Origin: Nageia nagi
Taxonomy: Eukaryota; Plantae; Pinophyta
Length of the DNA: 64,000 nt
Assembly: GCA_050084985.1 (NCBI GenBank)
Contig: JBITNC010000001.1
Span: 52,514,001 to 52,578,000 of the forward strand
Direction: 5' to 3'
Shown one piece after another: positions 13,569 through 27,429 of the stretch. The translations under genes and the position numbers were made by a program. Positions within the stretch are counted from its first letter, which is position 1, and every line of letters starts with the position of its first letter. A model generated the notes under the pieces. It did no database searches, had not been told where the DNA came from, and saw nothing but the letters and a program-made list of their open reading frames with translations.

Positions 13569-14595
13569 TGTGAGCATCCAAAATCATCCAATGGGGTCTT
13601 TTGAATATCACTCTACAACATCTAAAATGTTGCTTGATGTTGATGTGCTAGATGAATGGATGGACGTTTAAACCTGCAACAAGACTTGCAAGAAAATAAG
13701 TGTTAGCATGGATCTTAACATTCTAGTCCCTTAAGACCCTAGAATGTGCTCAAGAGAGGTATAAACCTCTTTAATTAACTATAGGTCCCTCATACCATAA
13801 TTAAATGGGAAATAAAAAATAAGGATATGCCTAGAATGCAGTGTGATATGCCTATGCTATTCTAAACAACAATCAAATAGTAAAAAGAAACTAAACTAGC
13901 ATGAATCTAGCTTAGAAATACACTACATGCATATATAAATGCATAAAAATATTATTTATAGAAGGATACAATGCTCTAATGGCTCTTTGATGTGCTCTCC
14001 AAGCTAGCTCCAATATCTACAAGAAAGATTAAGAAATGTCCCTATGCTTTGGTTTAGATTTTGCATGGTTGAAGGAGGCTTAGCTGATTTAAAGTTGCAT
14101 GGCTAATGAGCTTCATGTTGGCTGGAGAGTTCAAAGTTGGAGAGAGTTAAAACTTGCCAAGGGAGGAATTCTTGGTTGGAGATGGATGTTGACTTCATGT
14201 GGTAGACCCCTCCCAAGTCAAAAGGTGGTAGAACAAATGACTAACTAGTCTGTCATGCACATTTAGTGTGCCACTTTTGTTTTGGGCACGTGTGGGGAGC
14301 AAGACTATTTTTTATGTTTATAAAGTTTAATTTTACACAAGGCTAACTAGAGAGCTAGTTAGGATTTAATCCTAACTGATCAGCCAACTAATTGACCTCA
14401 CTAACTGATGGACTAGCTAGATGATCCCCCTAATCGGTGGGTCGGTTAGTTTCAAGGGTGATAAAGTGGTAACAAAGCTTAAGTTACCAAAAATAGACTA
14501 GATGAATGATGAATGACCATAAAGGATGATGGGTGACCACAAGATATAACATAACAATTGTAAATAATATAAAATGTAATTTTTAGGTGTTTACA
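13569..14595 (-). repeat. LTR copy B (complete, 1027 bp, shared middle LTR)
   Basis: TG...CA termini (TGTGAGC...TTTACA). PBS on the left; PPT (minus strand TTAAAAGGGGTTATT, 14596-14610) on the right. Confidence 0.9.
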
Positions 14596-15089
14596 AATAA
14601 CCCCTTTTAAGGTGATTTTTGCAAAGCATCGTGAAGCGAGATTCAACTCAAAAGCTAACAAGATGAATGATGATGTACTAAAAAAATGATATAAGACCAC
14701 ATGATAAGAAGAGATGATAATAATCAATGACCAATGATATCTTGTTGACATGCAAGGTGATGTGGAGGTATGTAAACTTGCCACATGCTAAGAGACAAAT
14801 GCTAGATGCTGCTAAAGACATGGTCAATACAAAGGTGATCAAGCTACATGATTATGCTAAAATGCTTAAAACTAAAGGTGAGTCATGCTTAAACATATGA
14901 TCGTGCTACCAAAAGGAAACTTTACCCCATATTGAATGGAAATCAAAGCAAGATAATGGTAATAATGACCTTATTGTGACATGATTAATGATAATGATGA
15001 TCTTGCCCTATGCTGAATAGAAAGCAAGATATGCAAAGTATAACTTTGCCCCATGTTTAATGGAAAGCAAAGATGTTGATAAATAATCA

Positions 15090-18000
15090 AGGTGTAATGA
15101 TACGATAAGCTGATATCATGGGACTAACCAAACACATGAATAAATTAGGATGATAGCTAGTTTCAGCACATGACAGGCTATGTAAGATCATCCTACTGAA
15201 ATGTCATGATGGAACAAATGTAAAATGTGACATATTATACATGATAAATGATTTTTCTTTGCCCCAACAGTCGAAAGGTGACTATGATACAACAAGGATG
15301 AGAGTTGGTTTTGACATGTGATAGGATGTATAAGATCATATTGAATAAAGCATCATGATGGAATAGCCACACCATAACAATGTATGATACATTATGCATG
15401 ATAAATGATTCTTCTTTGCTCTAGAAGTTGAAGGGAAACTATGATACATTCAAGATGAGAGTTGGTTTTGATGCATGATAGGCTATATAAGATCATCCTA
15501 AGAATAGAATCATGATGGAACAATCATCATAACAAAAATATGATACATGTTAAATGATTCTACTTTTCCTAGCAGTTGAAGGGTGAAGATGACTAGTTAG
15601 GATGAGAGTTGGTTTTAGCGCATGACAAGCCGTATAAGATCATCTTGAACACCATGAAAATCTAATGAAGTCTGGTTTCGATGTATGATAGGTTGTATAA
15701 TAATAAATTGGACCTCATGATTAAGGCTTAATGATCAAGGTGGGATGAACTTGATAAAATGCATATGAATATAATCTACCTATTCTAATATAAATGCAAA
15801 AAGTGAAATGATATTTGCTTTACCCTAGCAGTTAAAGGATAACTGACTTTTGCTTTGCCCCAATAGTTAAAGGGAATGTTAACAAAACATCATTAAGTCA
15901 TTGGTAAATTATCAATTTATTGACCATGATGTAATAGGATCAAAGACAAAAGATGGTTATGGTGGGACATGAGTGAATGTTATTCTAACCCATAATCTCC
16001 ATTACTAGATGACCACCAAAGGAGGAGTAGGCTCTAGTATTGAGTCCCATGGTGATAGGATATGCAAGATAAATAAGACATATAATGATAAATGATTATG
16101 ATGGAGGATAAGCATGACCAATACCAGGATTACAATTGAGATTGATTACAACCAAAATGATAGAGACTAAGACCATAGGTGAGACTGAGGCAATCACATG
16201 ATAGGGACTACGATCATCGATGAGATAAATGGCCAAATGATAGAGACTATGATCATGGGTAGACAGAAATGGATGAATGATAAATACTATGATCACATGT
16301 GGGATATAAATAACAACATAACAAAGGCTACAAAGATGATTAAATAGAAATGACCAGATGACAGAGGATAAGATCATGATGAGATAATCATGACTAAAAT
16401 TGATTGATGAGAAATAGCTTAAGACTTGATAGGATGATGAGACTACAGTTCTAGGCTTAACAAGATGACTATATGATGGATCAATTAAATTTAAATTCAA
16501 ACAATTGACTAACCTACTAACCAATAGACTAATTAGGGATTAGATAATGATAGATAGAGAAGAAGATACCAATTTGTAGGAAACTAGTTAAAATCAAAAT
16601 GCTATCGACCATGTGAATGTGATTGAATTAGATGATGGCTTGATAAGGTTACGACTAACAAAGAAAGGGGATTACACTTCTCATAAGAGATAAGAGAAAG
16701 ATACTCATAATAACAAAAATAGAATTGGTGACATGGTGAGAAGGGGATAAATGATCAAACAAAATAGATCAAGAGTCACAATGGGACAAGGATAATAGAA
16801 CATACATGAAAATAAAATAAACAACATGATAAAACATAGATAAATAATATGATCAAAAATAATGATAAAATTCATCCACACTAAGATAATAATGGAAGAA
16901 AGATAATGCATTGATTAACATTAATTAAAATGTCCATCGACATGCTCGAGTGGATAGAAAACAAAATGATAAATACAAAATAGGAAAAATGCCAATATTG
17001 ACCAAGATGATAATTCCATTGATAAGCCCAAATGGATGACCAAAAAAAAGATAAAGACAAAGACCATGCTCAAGACTATGCTAAACCATTGATGAGGTTA
17101 GGAGAGCTATAACCAAAGCTCTGAGGTTCATAGGTAGGTGAGCTCAGGAGGTTGATAGGTGAGCTTAATTTATTAAAGAGGGACACACACATGATTGGTA
17201 GGAAGCAGCACATGATGTTGAAATATGGGTAAAATATCCACTGATTATTCTCACAAACCAACTATGTTTGAAAGGTTAACTCCCAATGCAGATCATGATG
17301 CTAGATTTTGTGTGTGATGGTGAATGAATGGTAGTGTTCCTCAAGATGAAGTGCCTACAAACAAGCAAAGTGTAGGAAATGAAACATGAGCATGTTTCAC
17401 ATGTAGTAAAGGATGATCTTCCACATCTAGTGCGAGCGATAGAGAAGGGCTAGGATGATGCATAGATGATTGGCATCATCCAATTGATGAATGAAGAGGA
17501 TGGCATACTAGTGACAAATACTATCTATCTAAATGTGCATGATGCCAAGGTAGAGGGTAGTCTACAATGTGAGGTAGGCATGCTGAATGACTCACCCATA
17601 GATTTGATAGTGAAGATCCTCTTGAGGAAGATCAAGATGTAAACCAAGGAAGAGTGCTTGATCCATGATTGTAATCAAGTGGGATAGAAGAGGATGAAAT
17701 AATAGAATCACAACTAATAGACTGAAAAGGATGATGCAAATGAAGGGGAAGAACATAAGATGTTAGGAAACTATCAGAGTTTCCCAAAAGAGGCTAAATA
17801 TGAATGATAAAGATAAGGCAATGAGAGAAGAACATATAAGATCATAAAGTAATTTGGATCATTGATCATTGATGAAGATAAATGAAGTGGATTAAATGAA
17901 AATGATGTCGAATATAGATGGGACTATATGCTTGACTGTTTGACTAAACAATCAAGGAGAATAAAAAAGTAATCATAATAAAAGGTTATGATATGAAAAA

Positions 18001-21000
18001 TGATGATTTATTTTATTAAAAAAAAATCAATTCCCATCGATAAGCCTGAATGGGTGGTAAATACATAAAGAAAGATTCCCACTGACAAGCCCAGTGGATT
18101 GAAATGATGGTGCATCTAATACATGGTTAGGTGACTAAGCATCCAAGTTAGATGAGTTGACATCATCACTAGAAGAGCCAAAGTTGAGGAGCAGCTCCAA
18201 CAAAAGAAGCCACTAATGCGATAATGGTGGGAAGTGACACATGAAGGAGAAGTGATGATGGAGAATTCAATATATGCCACATCAAATAAGATAAAATGAA
18301 TAAGAAAATGACCATTGTAGTCAATACTGATGTATTGACCAAGAAATAGTGACTGTATCAAAGTGCTCCCATAGATGAAGAGTCATCGATTCAATGTAAT
18401 GCACAAACTATAGCAAGAAGGGATTGAATGAGGTGCACACCATGACATGCCATGGCCAATTAAGATGAATCAGTAATAACAAAAATAAGTGAACATGCTC
18501 AAGTTAATGAACCATGAAAATCCTAAAGCAATTTTCAAGCTACTCATGAATGAATGCAAGTCATTATTATGATAGGGACTCACCAGCAGATGCGACATGA
18601 AGGGCCAAGACTATACAATATTGATTGTACATGATGAGGTCTTGAAGCTCACTTAGAGGGTGAGGAAGCAAATGGGATCCATGATAGGATGAAGAATGAT
18701 AGGAACAAAATGCAAGAGAAGAAAAAGGATGAAAAAAATAAGTTGTGATAAGCATAAGGAACACACAGGATTATATACACTTGAAAAGATGCATAATGGT
18801 CTAGGCGATAATGATGGAAACAAAGGTAAATGAAGAAAAAGAATGATCAAGATGAGAGATTCATAGAACTAAAAATCTCATACTGACATGTAGGTTGAAT
18901 GATTGTGGTTTAAAAGATCAAAGGAAATGATGGAGGACATAGTGATGCAGTATTTGCATAGTGATAGGATAAAATTGTAATGATGATGATATTAATAGAA
19001 ATGCATAAAAGGTAAATTAATGGATAGGACACAATGATGGGTATATATGTAGTGGCTATGTGAATTATCGAGATGAGATGGTGGATATACACATGGAAAT
19101 AAGATGGATGATCAAGATGGAATGATGAACAAGTGCATGGAAACACTGTGTGACCCTTGATGGTTATCATGGCTTTAAAATTGGACACAAAACATGAGAA
19201 AAATGTAGAGGACATACTGACTAATCATGGATCCAATAGAGCATTGGTGGAAAGAAATCCATATAGGAATAAATGATGTCAGAGGGTCTATAAGCAATGA
19301 AGGTGATAAAGATGAGGCCAGATACATAGGAGGTAATCCTATGAATGTAGGGAAAGAGACACAAGGATGGATGGAAGTAGAGAGAATATCTACTTGCACT
19401 AAGAACTAGCTAAAGCCAAGAGAGAAGTAGAGATACTAATGTAGAAATATGGCATGCTACGGAGATAGAATATCATGTGCATGCAATCTTGAATAGAGCT
19501 CATGGCTAAGCAAGACAAACTGATAGCAAAAAAGAAGGTAATGACCAGAAAAGTTCAAGACATAAAATGGAAGTTGAAATGCAACTTCTGCAATGCTCAT
19601 AGTGATATATTCTAAAATAAGGAGCAATGGAAGAGGAGAGCCAATGTATATAAGAACATCCTCTTACACCATGAAATCCACATTCCAAGGTCAACACTAT
19701 ATTTCTTGGAAGTGGATGAGACAACTATGGATTCTACTGAGGAGAACCAATAGTTGCAATAGAGTAAAGATGGAGCAAGCACAACACAAAATGAAGAAGG
19801 GCCAAGACCAAGCATAAACTAGATCAAACACTTATTAGGATAAAATAAGCAACTATCAAAACAACAATGAAGATGGACAAATGTAAAAATTCACCATTGC
19901 ACAATGTAACAAAAAGATAAATTAAATAAAAGATATTTTTGTTACATGATTTTTTTTTTTTTTAATTTTAAAACAAAACAACACAAAACATGATGTTAAA
20001 TAATATGACAAAGACAAGATGATAAAATATTAACACGACAAATGATAAAAATAACAAATGACAAAAATGATAAATGATAAAATGACAAATGATAAAATGA
20101 CAAATGATAAAAATGACTTTTTCTTTGCCCCAACAAATGAAGGGAAATATGATCGTAGGTACATATACTTACCAAGCATATAGCCAATGCTCACACAAAA
20201 AGATAAAAGATACATGATCTCTACTTTGCCCTAGTAGCTAAAGGGGGAAGGTGACCGTAGGTAGTAGACCTATTGAGCATATAGCCAACACTCATATACA
20301 AATATAAAAGATGCATGATCTTTGCTTTGCCTCAGTAGCTAAAGGGGAAATGATCAAACATATCTATAGCACATAGGCATATGATGCTTGTCCAAAAATG
20401 AAAAATGATGCACAAAAAAAGAAGGCACGATGGATGATAGTGTGATGAGGATGCACATCACACAAGGATAGGATAGGATAGGCTAATGGTATGATGAGGA
20501 TACATCTCACACAAAAAGATAAGACAAAGGAGATGAAAAGAATTAAAAGGCAATGTGATGAGGATGCACATCACATGAGGGAAAAAAAAAGATGTGATGA
20601 GGACACACATCACATAAAGGAAAAATGTTGAAGGGGTTGACATGATAGTGTGATAAAGAAACATGTCACATAGAAGAACAATACAGGGTAAATGACATGA
20701 TCAAATGACGATGTGATGAGGAAACACTTCACACAAGGAGACAAAGACAAAGGAATGACTCAATGTGAGGATGGTGTGGTAAGGATACATGTCACACAGG
20801 AGGATAAGATAGAGATGAACATGATGGATTAATGGTATTATGAGGACACATGTCACACAAATGGACAAAGATAAAGAGGACTTGACAAATATGAACATGA
20901 TGGGTTGATGATGTGATGAGTACACACATCACACAAGAGGATAAATGACTAAGCAAGATGGTATGATAGATGATAAAGATGATAGTTGTTATCACTTAGA

Positions 21001-21030
21001 TAGTAGAAGGTGGGTTAACTTGAGAGCGGT
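15090..21030 (-). repeat. Second copy of the non-coding internal region (paralogous to ~4285-9655)
   Basis: Collinear similarity throughout, e.g. 5041-5110 vs 15968-16040, 6361-6610 vs 17340-17590, 9620-9655 vs 20995-21030. Confidence 0.92.
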
Positions 21031-21922
21031 GCAGGGATCTCAACATTTTAGTCCCTTAAGACCCTAGAATGTGCTTAAGAGAGGTATAAACCTCCTTGAT
21101 TGACTATAGATCCCTCATCCCATAATCAAATGGATTACTGGGAAATAAGGATATGCCTAGAATGTAGTGTGATATGCCTATGAAATTCTAAACAATGATC
21201 AAATAGTGAAAAGAAACTAAACTAGCATGAATCTAGCTTAGAAATACACTACATGCACACACAAATCCATAAAAATATTATTTACAAAAGGATACAGTGC
21301 TCCAATGGCTCCTTGATTTGCTCTCCAAGCTAGCTCCAATACCTACAAGATAGATCAAGAAATGCCCCTATGCTTTGGTTCAGATTTTGCATGGTTGAAG
21401 GAGGCTTGGCTCATTCAAAGTTGCATGGTTAGAAGAGCTTCATGTTGGTTGGAGAGTTAAAAGTTGGAGAGAGTTCAAACTTGCCAAGGGAGGGAGTCTT
21501 GACTAGAGATGGATGTTGAGTTCATGTGGTGAAACCCTCCCAAGTCAAAAGGTGGCAGACCAAGCGATTGACTAGTTTGCCATGCACATTCAGTGCACCA
21601 CTTTTGTTTTGGTCATGCATAGGGAGTGGGACTATTTTTTTATATTTTTAAAGTTTAATTTTACACAGGGATAACCAATGGGCCAGTTAGGATTTATTCC
21701 TAACTAGTCGATCAACTGACTAACCTCACTAACTGGTGGATAGACTAGATGATCCCCCTAACTGGTGGGTCGGTTAGTTTCAAGAGTGACAAAGTGGTAA
21801 CAAGGCTTAAATTACCAAAAATAGACCAAATGACTGATGAACAACCATAAAGGATTACAGGTGACCACAACATACAACATAACACTATAAATAAAATAAA
21901 ATGTGATTTTTAGGTGTTTACA
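21031..21922 (-). repeat. LTR copy C (5' LTR; ~140 bp, the PBS and gag of this unit are deleted)
   Basis: Internal sequence GAGAGCGGTGCAG joins LTR sequence GGATCTCAACATT. Ends TTTAGGTGTTTACA, followed by TSD GGTAT. Confidence 0.88.
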
Positions 21923-21927
21923 GGTAT

Positions 21928-22009
21928 CAAATGATACCTTTAAGTATCAGTGAATTTACAAAGAGGATTCTTACAAAAGCTTTACAATAATGTATTATAC
22001 ATTCCAACA
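21928..22009 (-). repeat. Copia-like 5' LTR, 5' tip (continuation of 2920-3307)
   Basis: Reverse complement TGTTGGAATGTATAAT..CCTCTTTGTAAATTCA..ACTTAAAGGTAT..GATACC resembles the LTR start at 38182 (TGTTAGAATTTGTAAT..CCTTGTAAATTCA..ACTTAAAGGATA..GATACC). Confidence 0.8.
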
Positions 22010-24950
22010 TACCCCAAGTGGGTTTCCAATATAGTTCATGTCAATCAATATGATAGTCGTATCTACATTTTCATGGATTTTCATGATCTTAACAAGTCGT
22101 GTCCTAAGAATGAATTCAAATTATCCAATATCAACATCTTAGTTGATAATACTAAGGGTATGAGATGTTGTTTCTTATGGATGGTTTTTTAGGCTATAAA
22201 CAAATTTGGGTAAACCTTAATGATCAACATAATATAGCCTTTACCACCCTTGGGGTACCTATTATTATCGAGTCATGCCTTTAAATATTAAGAAAGAAGG
22301 AGCTACCTATCAAAGAGCCATGAATCATATCTTCCATGATATGATGCATGTTATTATGGAGGATTATTTTGATGATCTTTTAGCCAAATCCAAGATATGC
22401 AAAGGACATTGGGATGTTCTTTGTAAGTCTTTCATCATCTTCTCCAACATAATATCAAGTTGAACCCTAAGAAGTGTGTTTTTGGTGTCACATCAAGTAA
22501 GCTTCTAGGTTTCATCATGTCCAAGGGAGGCATTAAGATTGACCCTAAAAAGGTCAATGCTATCATCAATATATGTCCTCTTCATAATCTTAAGACCTTG
22601 AGGAGTCTCTAAGGTAAGCTCTAGGCCATTTATCAATTTATAGCTCAACTTTTAGATAAGTATCTTTCTTTTAAGGAGCTCTTGAAGAAGGGCATGGTCG
22701 TTGAGTGGAATGAGAAGTACCAATAAATCCTTGATGATACTAAATAGTATCTCACCACTCCTCCTATCTTTATCCCTCCTAGGTGTGGTTTTCATTTCTA
22801 TATTTATCTTTTGATGACCAATTTTTCCTTAGGAGTCATTCTTGTTCAAAAGAATCCCCAAAGGAAGGAGCATGTCATGTATTACCTCAATCATACCCTT
22901 ATTTATTATGAGATTAGGTATATCTATATAGAGTGTCTATCATATTTGTAGCAAATAAATTATGTCACTTAATCATATGACTTACATAATTTCTCGTGCT
23001 AATCACCTCCAACATATGGTGATCAAGATTTAACATAATTCAAGAACATTCAAGTGGCTCATGTTTTTGTCCAAGTTTTGACCTTGATTTTGTTATTTAG
23101 AAATACATTAAGGTTCAGGTTATAGCTGATCAATTTGTGGAAGCTTGTTTTCATGATAGTTCTCCTCTTGACATCAATCTCCTTGATAAGGATATCTTTA
23201 AGATTGATGAAGAGGAGGAATATGTTGATACACATGAAGACTTTGACATGACTATGTATTTTGAAGGATATAAGTGTGATAAAGAGGGTGGAATGAGAGT
23301 TTTCTTCACACCTCAAGGTATCCCTATCCCTTATTCCTTCAAGTTGGCTTTCCCTTGCACCAATAACAATGTGAAATATGAATCCCTAATTCTAAGTCTT
23401 AGGATTGCTATCACCCTTAAGATTGAGAGACTCATGATCTATGATGACTCTCTCTTAGTTGTAAACCAAGTACTAGGAGTTTATCAATGCCATAATGAAT
23501 TCCTTAGGTCTTATAGGGAGGATTATATTAAGCTCCTCAAGTTCTTCAAAGCTCATAAGACCAAGTCAACCCCTAGGTTTTCTAATCAATTTGCATACAC
23601 CATGGATTCTTAAGGGTCACTTATTCCACCTAATCCACATCGACACATCTAGCATGTGGAATTTGTGATTGTTAAGGATTCATCCCTCAAGTTGCCTTTG
23701 TCTTCCCCTCTCATTTAAGCTAGTGCCAATGATATTTTAGTAGAGTGTTGATACTTTTGGTATAAGCAACTTCACAAGTACTTGAAGTGGAATGCCTTAC
23801 CTTCTGATATGTCACCTAATAAGAAGTGTACTTTCAATCATTGTGCTAATAGGTACATGATTCAGGTGATATCCTTTACAAGTGATCTTTCAATGGATTC
23901 CTTCTTTGTTATCTTGAGCTTTGTGACCAACAAATTACCATTTCAGATTTTCATGATGGCATTTGTTGTGGACACTTCAATGGAACTGCTATCACTAAAC
24001 ATGTCATGTAGATGGGTTATTATTTACCTATCATAAAACATGATTGTAATGAATATGTCAAAAAATGTTTCAAGTATCAACAACATGCCCATCTTCAGCA
24101 CATGCTTTCTCAACCTCTTCAAGCCATGTGGCCTTTTTCTAGTGGGTTTTTGATCTCATCGGTCAATTTGTCCCTCCTTCATCTAGTGGTCATAAGTTTA
24201 TTATCACTACCATTGAGTACCTTACCAAGTGGGTACAGGTGGTTCCTTTAGTCTTGAATATGGGTCCCAAGATGATATCTTTCATAGAGACTCATAACAT
24301 ATGTCAATTTGGTATTCTTTCAAGGATCCTTATTGATAATGGTCCTAACTTTAAGATTCAACATATGAGGAGAATGTGCAATTGATATCATATCAAATAA
24401 TAATTCTTCATGTGTTATTACCCTCAAGGTAATGGTCAAGTTGAAGCCACCAATAAGATGATTGTCATGATTATCAAGAAAATGGTTAATGATAATCATT
24501 GTAATTGGTATGAGTGTCTCCCATATGCTTTATGGGTATATCACACTAGTATTTAGACACCCAAGGGTGCTACTCCTTTCTCCCTCATCTATGTTGCGAA
24601 GGCTTTCATGCCTCTTGAGCTTAAGATACCTTGCTTGGCATATCGCATAAGGACTTTATCCCTAATCAAGAAGCTCATAAAACTTGATTGAACCAACTTA
24701 CTTTGCTTTATGAGAGGTGCATCAATGGATTGAGATTCATAAGATTTATCAAAAATGTCTTAAATGAGCATTTAACAAGAATTCCAAACTCACCAGTTTC
24801 AAATTGGCTATCTTGGTCTCAAAGAGAACCAATAGAAATCCCATCTTGAGCATACTCTCAAGGATAAGTTTGCCCTAAATTGATTGGGCTCTACATCGTT
24901 AAGCATAAAATTGGTTTAAGTGTGTACCTCCTTACTAATTTGGAAGGACA
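22010..24950 (+). pseudogene. Ogre/Tat Ty3/Gypsy pol remnant: RT - RNase H - archaeal-type RNase H - integrase
   Basis: RT: YPKWVSNIV..DFHDLNKSCPK, MP..K..GATYQRAM..MEDYFDDLL, LNPKKCVFGV. aRH: MYFEG..FPCTNNNVKYESL..DSLLVVNQV (ORF 23137-23613). INT: DNGPNF, PQGNGQVEATNK. Many stops and frameshifts. Confidence 0.93.
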
Positions 24951-27429
24951 GAAGAATGGAGCCTATCAATATCATCCATCTTCATCCTTTTTATGCTTGA
25001 TTTTTGTTTATCATATTTTTCTTTATTACCTCTTGTTTTGTGCTCCTTTCTTCATGTCATCTTTATTACCCTCCATCTTCTCCTTTGCCCCAAATTGGGG
25101 ATGATATCTTATGTATAGGTACTTGTCTTCCTCTCAAGCATTCTATCAATTTGTGCCATTCATCCCTTTTTATTTTTTGAATCACCTCATCAGGAGTCAA
25201 TACTCAAGACTATCCCTCCTATCATGATTTTACACTTATGTTAGTATAGGGTAGGATCATATTACTCAGCTCCTAACCATCCTATTTTGTGTCCTTCTTC
25301 ATTTATGTATTTATAGTCACACTTCATTACTTACTTTGATCATATTGTTGATTGGTATCAAAATTGGTCCTCCTCTAGGGTTGACCATTGGACATTCTTT
25401 CTTGAATCCCTCATAGAGCAAGTACAATTATATACATCCATGGAAATTAGTTCCTTATGTACCTAAATTATTCAGATATTATTTTTTCATTTCTTACCTT
25501 ATGTCGTATCACTAACATAGTTGTATGTCCATTCATTTTCTCTTGTCATCTTGGCCCATTTGTGGTTCCTGATGAGGACATAACCTCTTGGGTCACATTC
25601 ACTTTGGGTTTCCTTTTTCATTCCCTCAAGTTTGACCATAGGTTGTGACTATCATTGGTTTTGAGGGAAATCCTAATGTTAGATATGACTTGAGATCCAT
25701 TTTGGCCTCCTTAGGTGTCACATCTCTTATTTTTCATTTAGCATTTTGGCCATTTTCTTTTCTCATGTTTCTATGTCTTATCATTTTATCTAGTCATGTT
25801 TTGGGATTTAATCACTTTATTTATCATTGATCTTCCTATTAGCAATTTTTGTTTTATTATTTTGCTCATTTTGGTCATTTACCGCTAGCCCTAAGTTGCT
25901 ACTTCATCCTGTGTGGTGCCTCGATGCACATGTGTGAAAAAGGGTCAATTGTTATTTATTTTCCAAAATTATTCTTATGGGTCTTTTTATGTTATTTTAG
26001 TCATCTCATCTAGTTTTGTTGCATTTCGAACCCATTTGTTGCAATTTCCAATTTCAAGGATGTAGGTCTTAAAATTTGACCCTATGAAAATTGGCTATTT
26101 GATTTATCTTTTGATATGTCAAATGATCTTTATTTTTAGATCCATATTTTCTAGTCCTTTTTTGATAAAAACACAATCACCATGTCAAATTTCAATCCCA
26201 TGTCCCATCATTAGTTATCTTTTCAAGAAAGTCAATTTTGGGATACTCGAAGTGACACCTTTTCAATGACCATTGAAAGGTGTCATACCTTGATAAGTTG
26301 CCTTTGGTTTGGACTTAGTAAATATGTCAACTAAACTCTATTTTTGAACTGTTTAATACTATGCTTAGGTTGTACAACCATTTATCATATCATTAAGATA
26401 GTTCATCAAATCGTCAACATGGTTGCTTATTATTATCGATCGAATTTTGCAATTTTTACTTTTTCAAAAGTGTCATTTTCATCTTGGTTCAATTTAGGTC
26501 TAATTGGGTTGTCTTCTAGTAGAATCCTAACTTAGTCTATGTTTATAGTGGCCATGATTAGTGTATGTCGAATGTTTTGAAGGGGTCCTAGTAACATGTC
26601 TTCTACCTCATTTTACACACCATTTTGAGGAAACTTCGGCAACATTCTAACAATATTTTACCCTAATTTTCTTATTTTTTTAGTGTGTTGTCATTGTGGT
26701 TTGTTTCTTTTTATATTTGGTCATGTAGTCACATGTCATCATTATCTTTTTAATATGTTTGTACCTTTATAAGCATTTAGGTTGTCATATATTTGTTTGT
26801 TTGTCATCATAATTGTTCATTTCATTATTGTTAATTTTTTTGTACTTATTTATAATTCTAGTGTTTGCATTGTACATTATTTATCTGTTATGCTTGTTTT
26901 CCATATTATCATGTGTGTTTGTCCTTTTTACACTTGTCCTTTTGTGTGTTTAGGCATACAAGTTCATTTTCCAAGTGATGTGATTAAACATACAAGTTCA
27001 TTTTATGTTCATTTAGGATCATTTTAAATTGTCCTTTTTAGGTTCATTTTAAGTTCCTTTAGTATTCATTTTAGGCTTCATTTTTAGTTTTGTTACATCC
27101 ATCCATTATCTTATACATGACATATAAGTAAACATCCACATAGCATGAAAGTAAATGCATCCACACCAAACACGTAAACATATAATAAAACATCATCTCA
27201 TATAGCATAAGTGTCAGTACAATACATATCCATCCATCTAATAATCAGCATGCATACATATAGAAAAGTCAAATGTGTCATACCCTACATCAAAATAATG
27301 TCTATATACATCATATGGTATTGCATATACATGCGTAAGATACAAAATGATCAAAACCTACATGCTCTTGGGCACCTAACACTATCCTCTAATCAAAACA
27401 TGTTATCTCTATAGCCAAAGTGATCAATC

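Larger units (their letters stand above)
3308..21922 (-). mobile_element. Tandem (three-LTR) non-autonomous Ogre/Tat-like LTR retrotransposon, gag only
   Basis: 5-bp TSD GGTAT at 3303-3307 and 21923-21927. Three homologous LTRs; the middle LTR has a PBS on one side and a PPT on the other. Internal region ~4285-9655 is duplicated at ~15090-21030. Confidence 0.9.

Noticed and set aside
4149-20995. Many short hydrophobic minus-strand ORFs (I/L/F/H/S/C-rich) that look like membrane or env-like proteins
   Set aside because: They follow from the T/C-rich strand bias, and their frames and ends are not preserved between the two duplicated internal copies.
21950-22192. ORF as a genuine gene start
   Set aside because: It is a chance read-through from the reverse Copia LTR tip into the Ogre RT.
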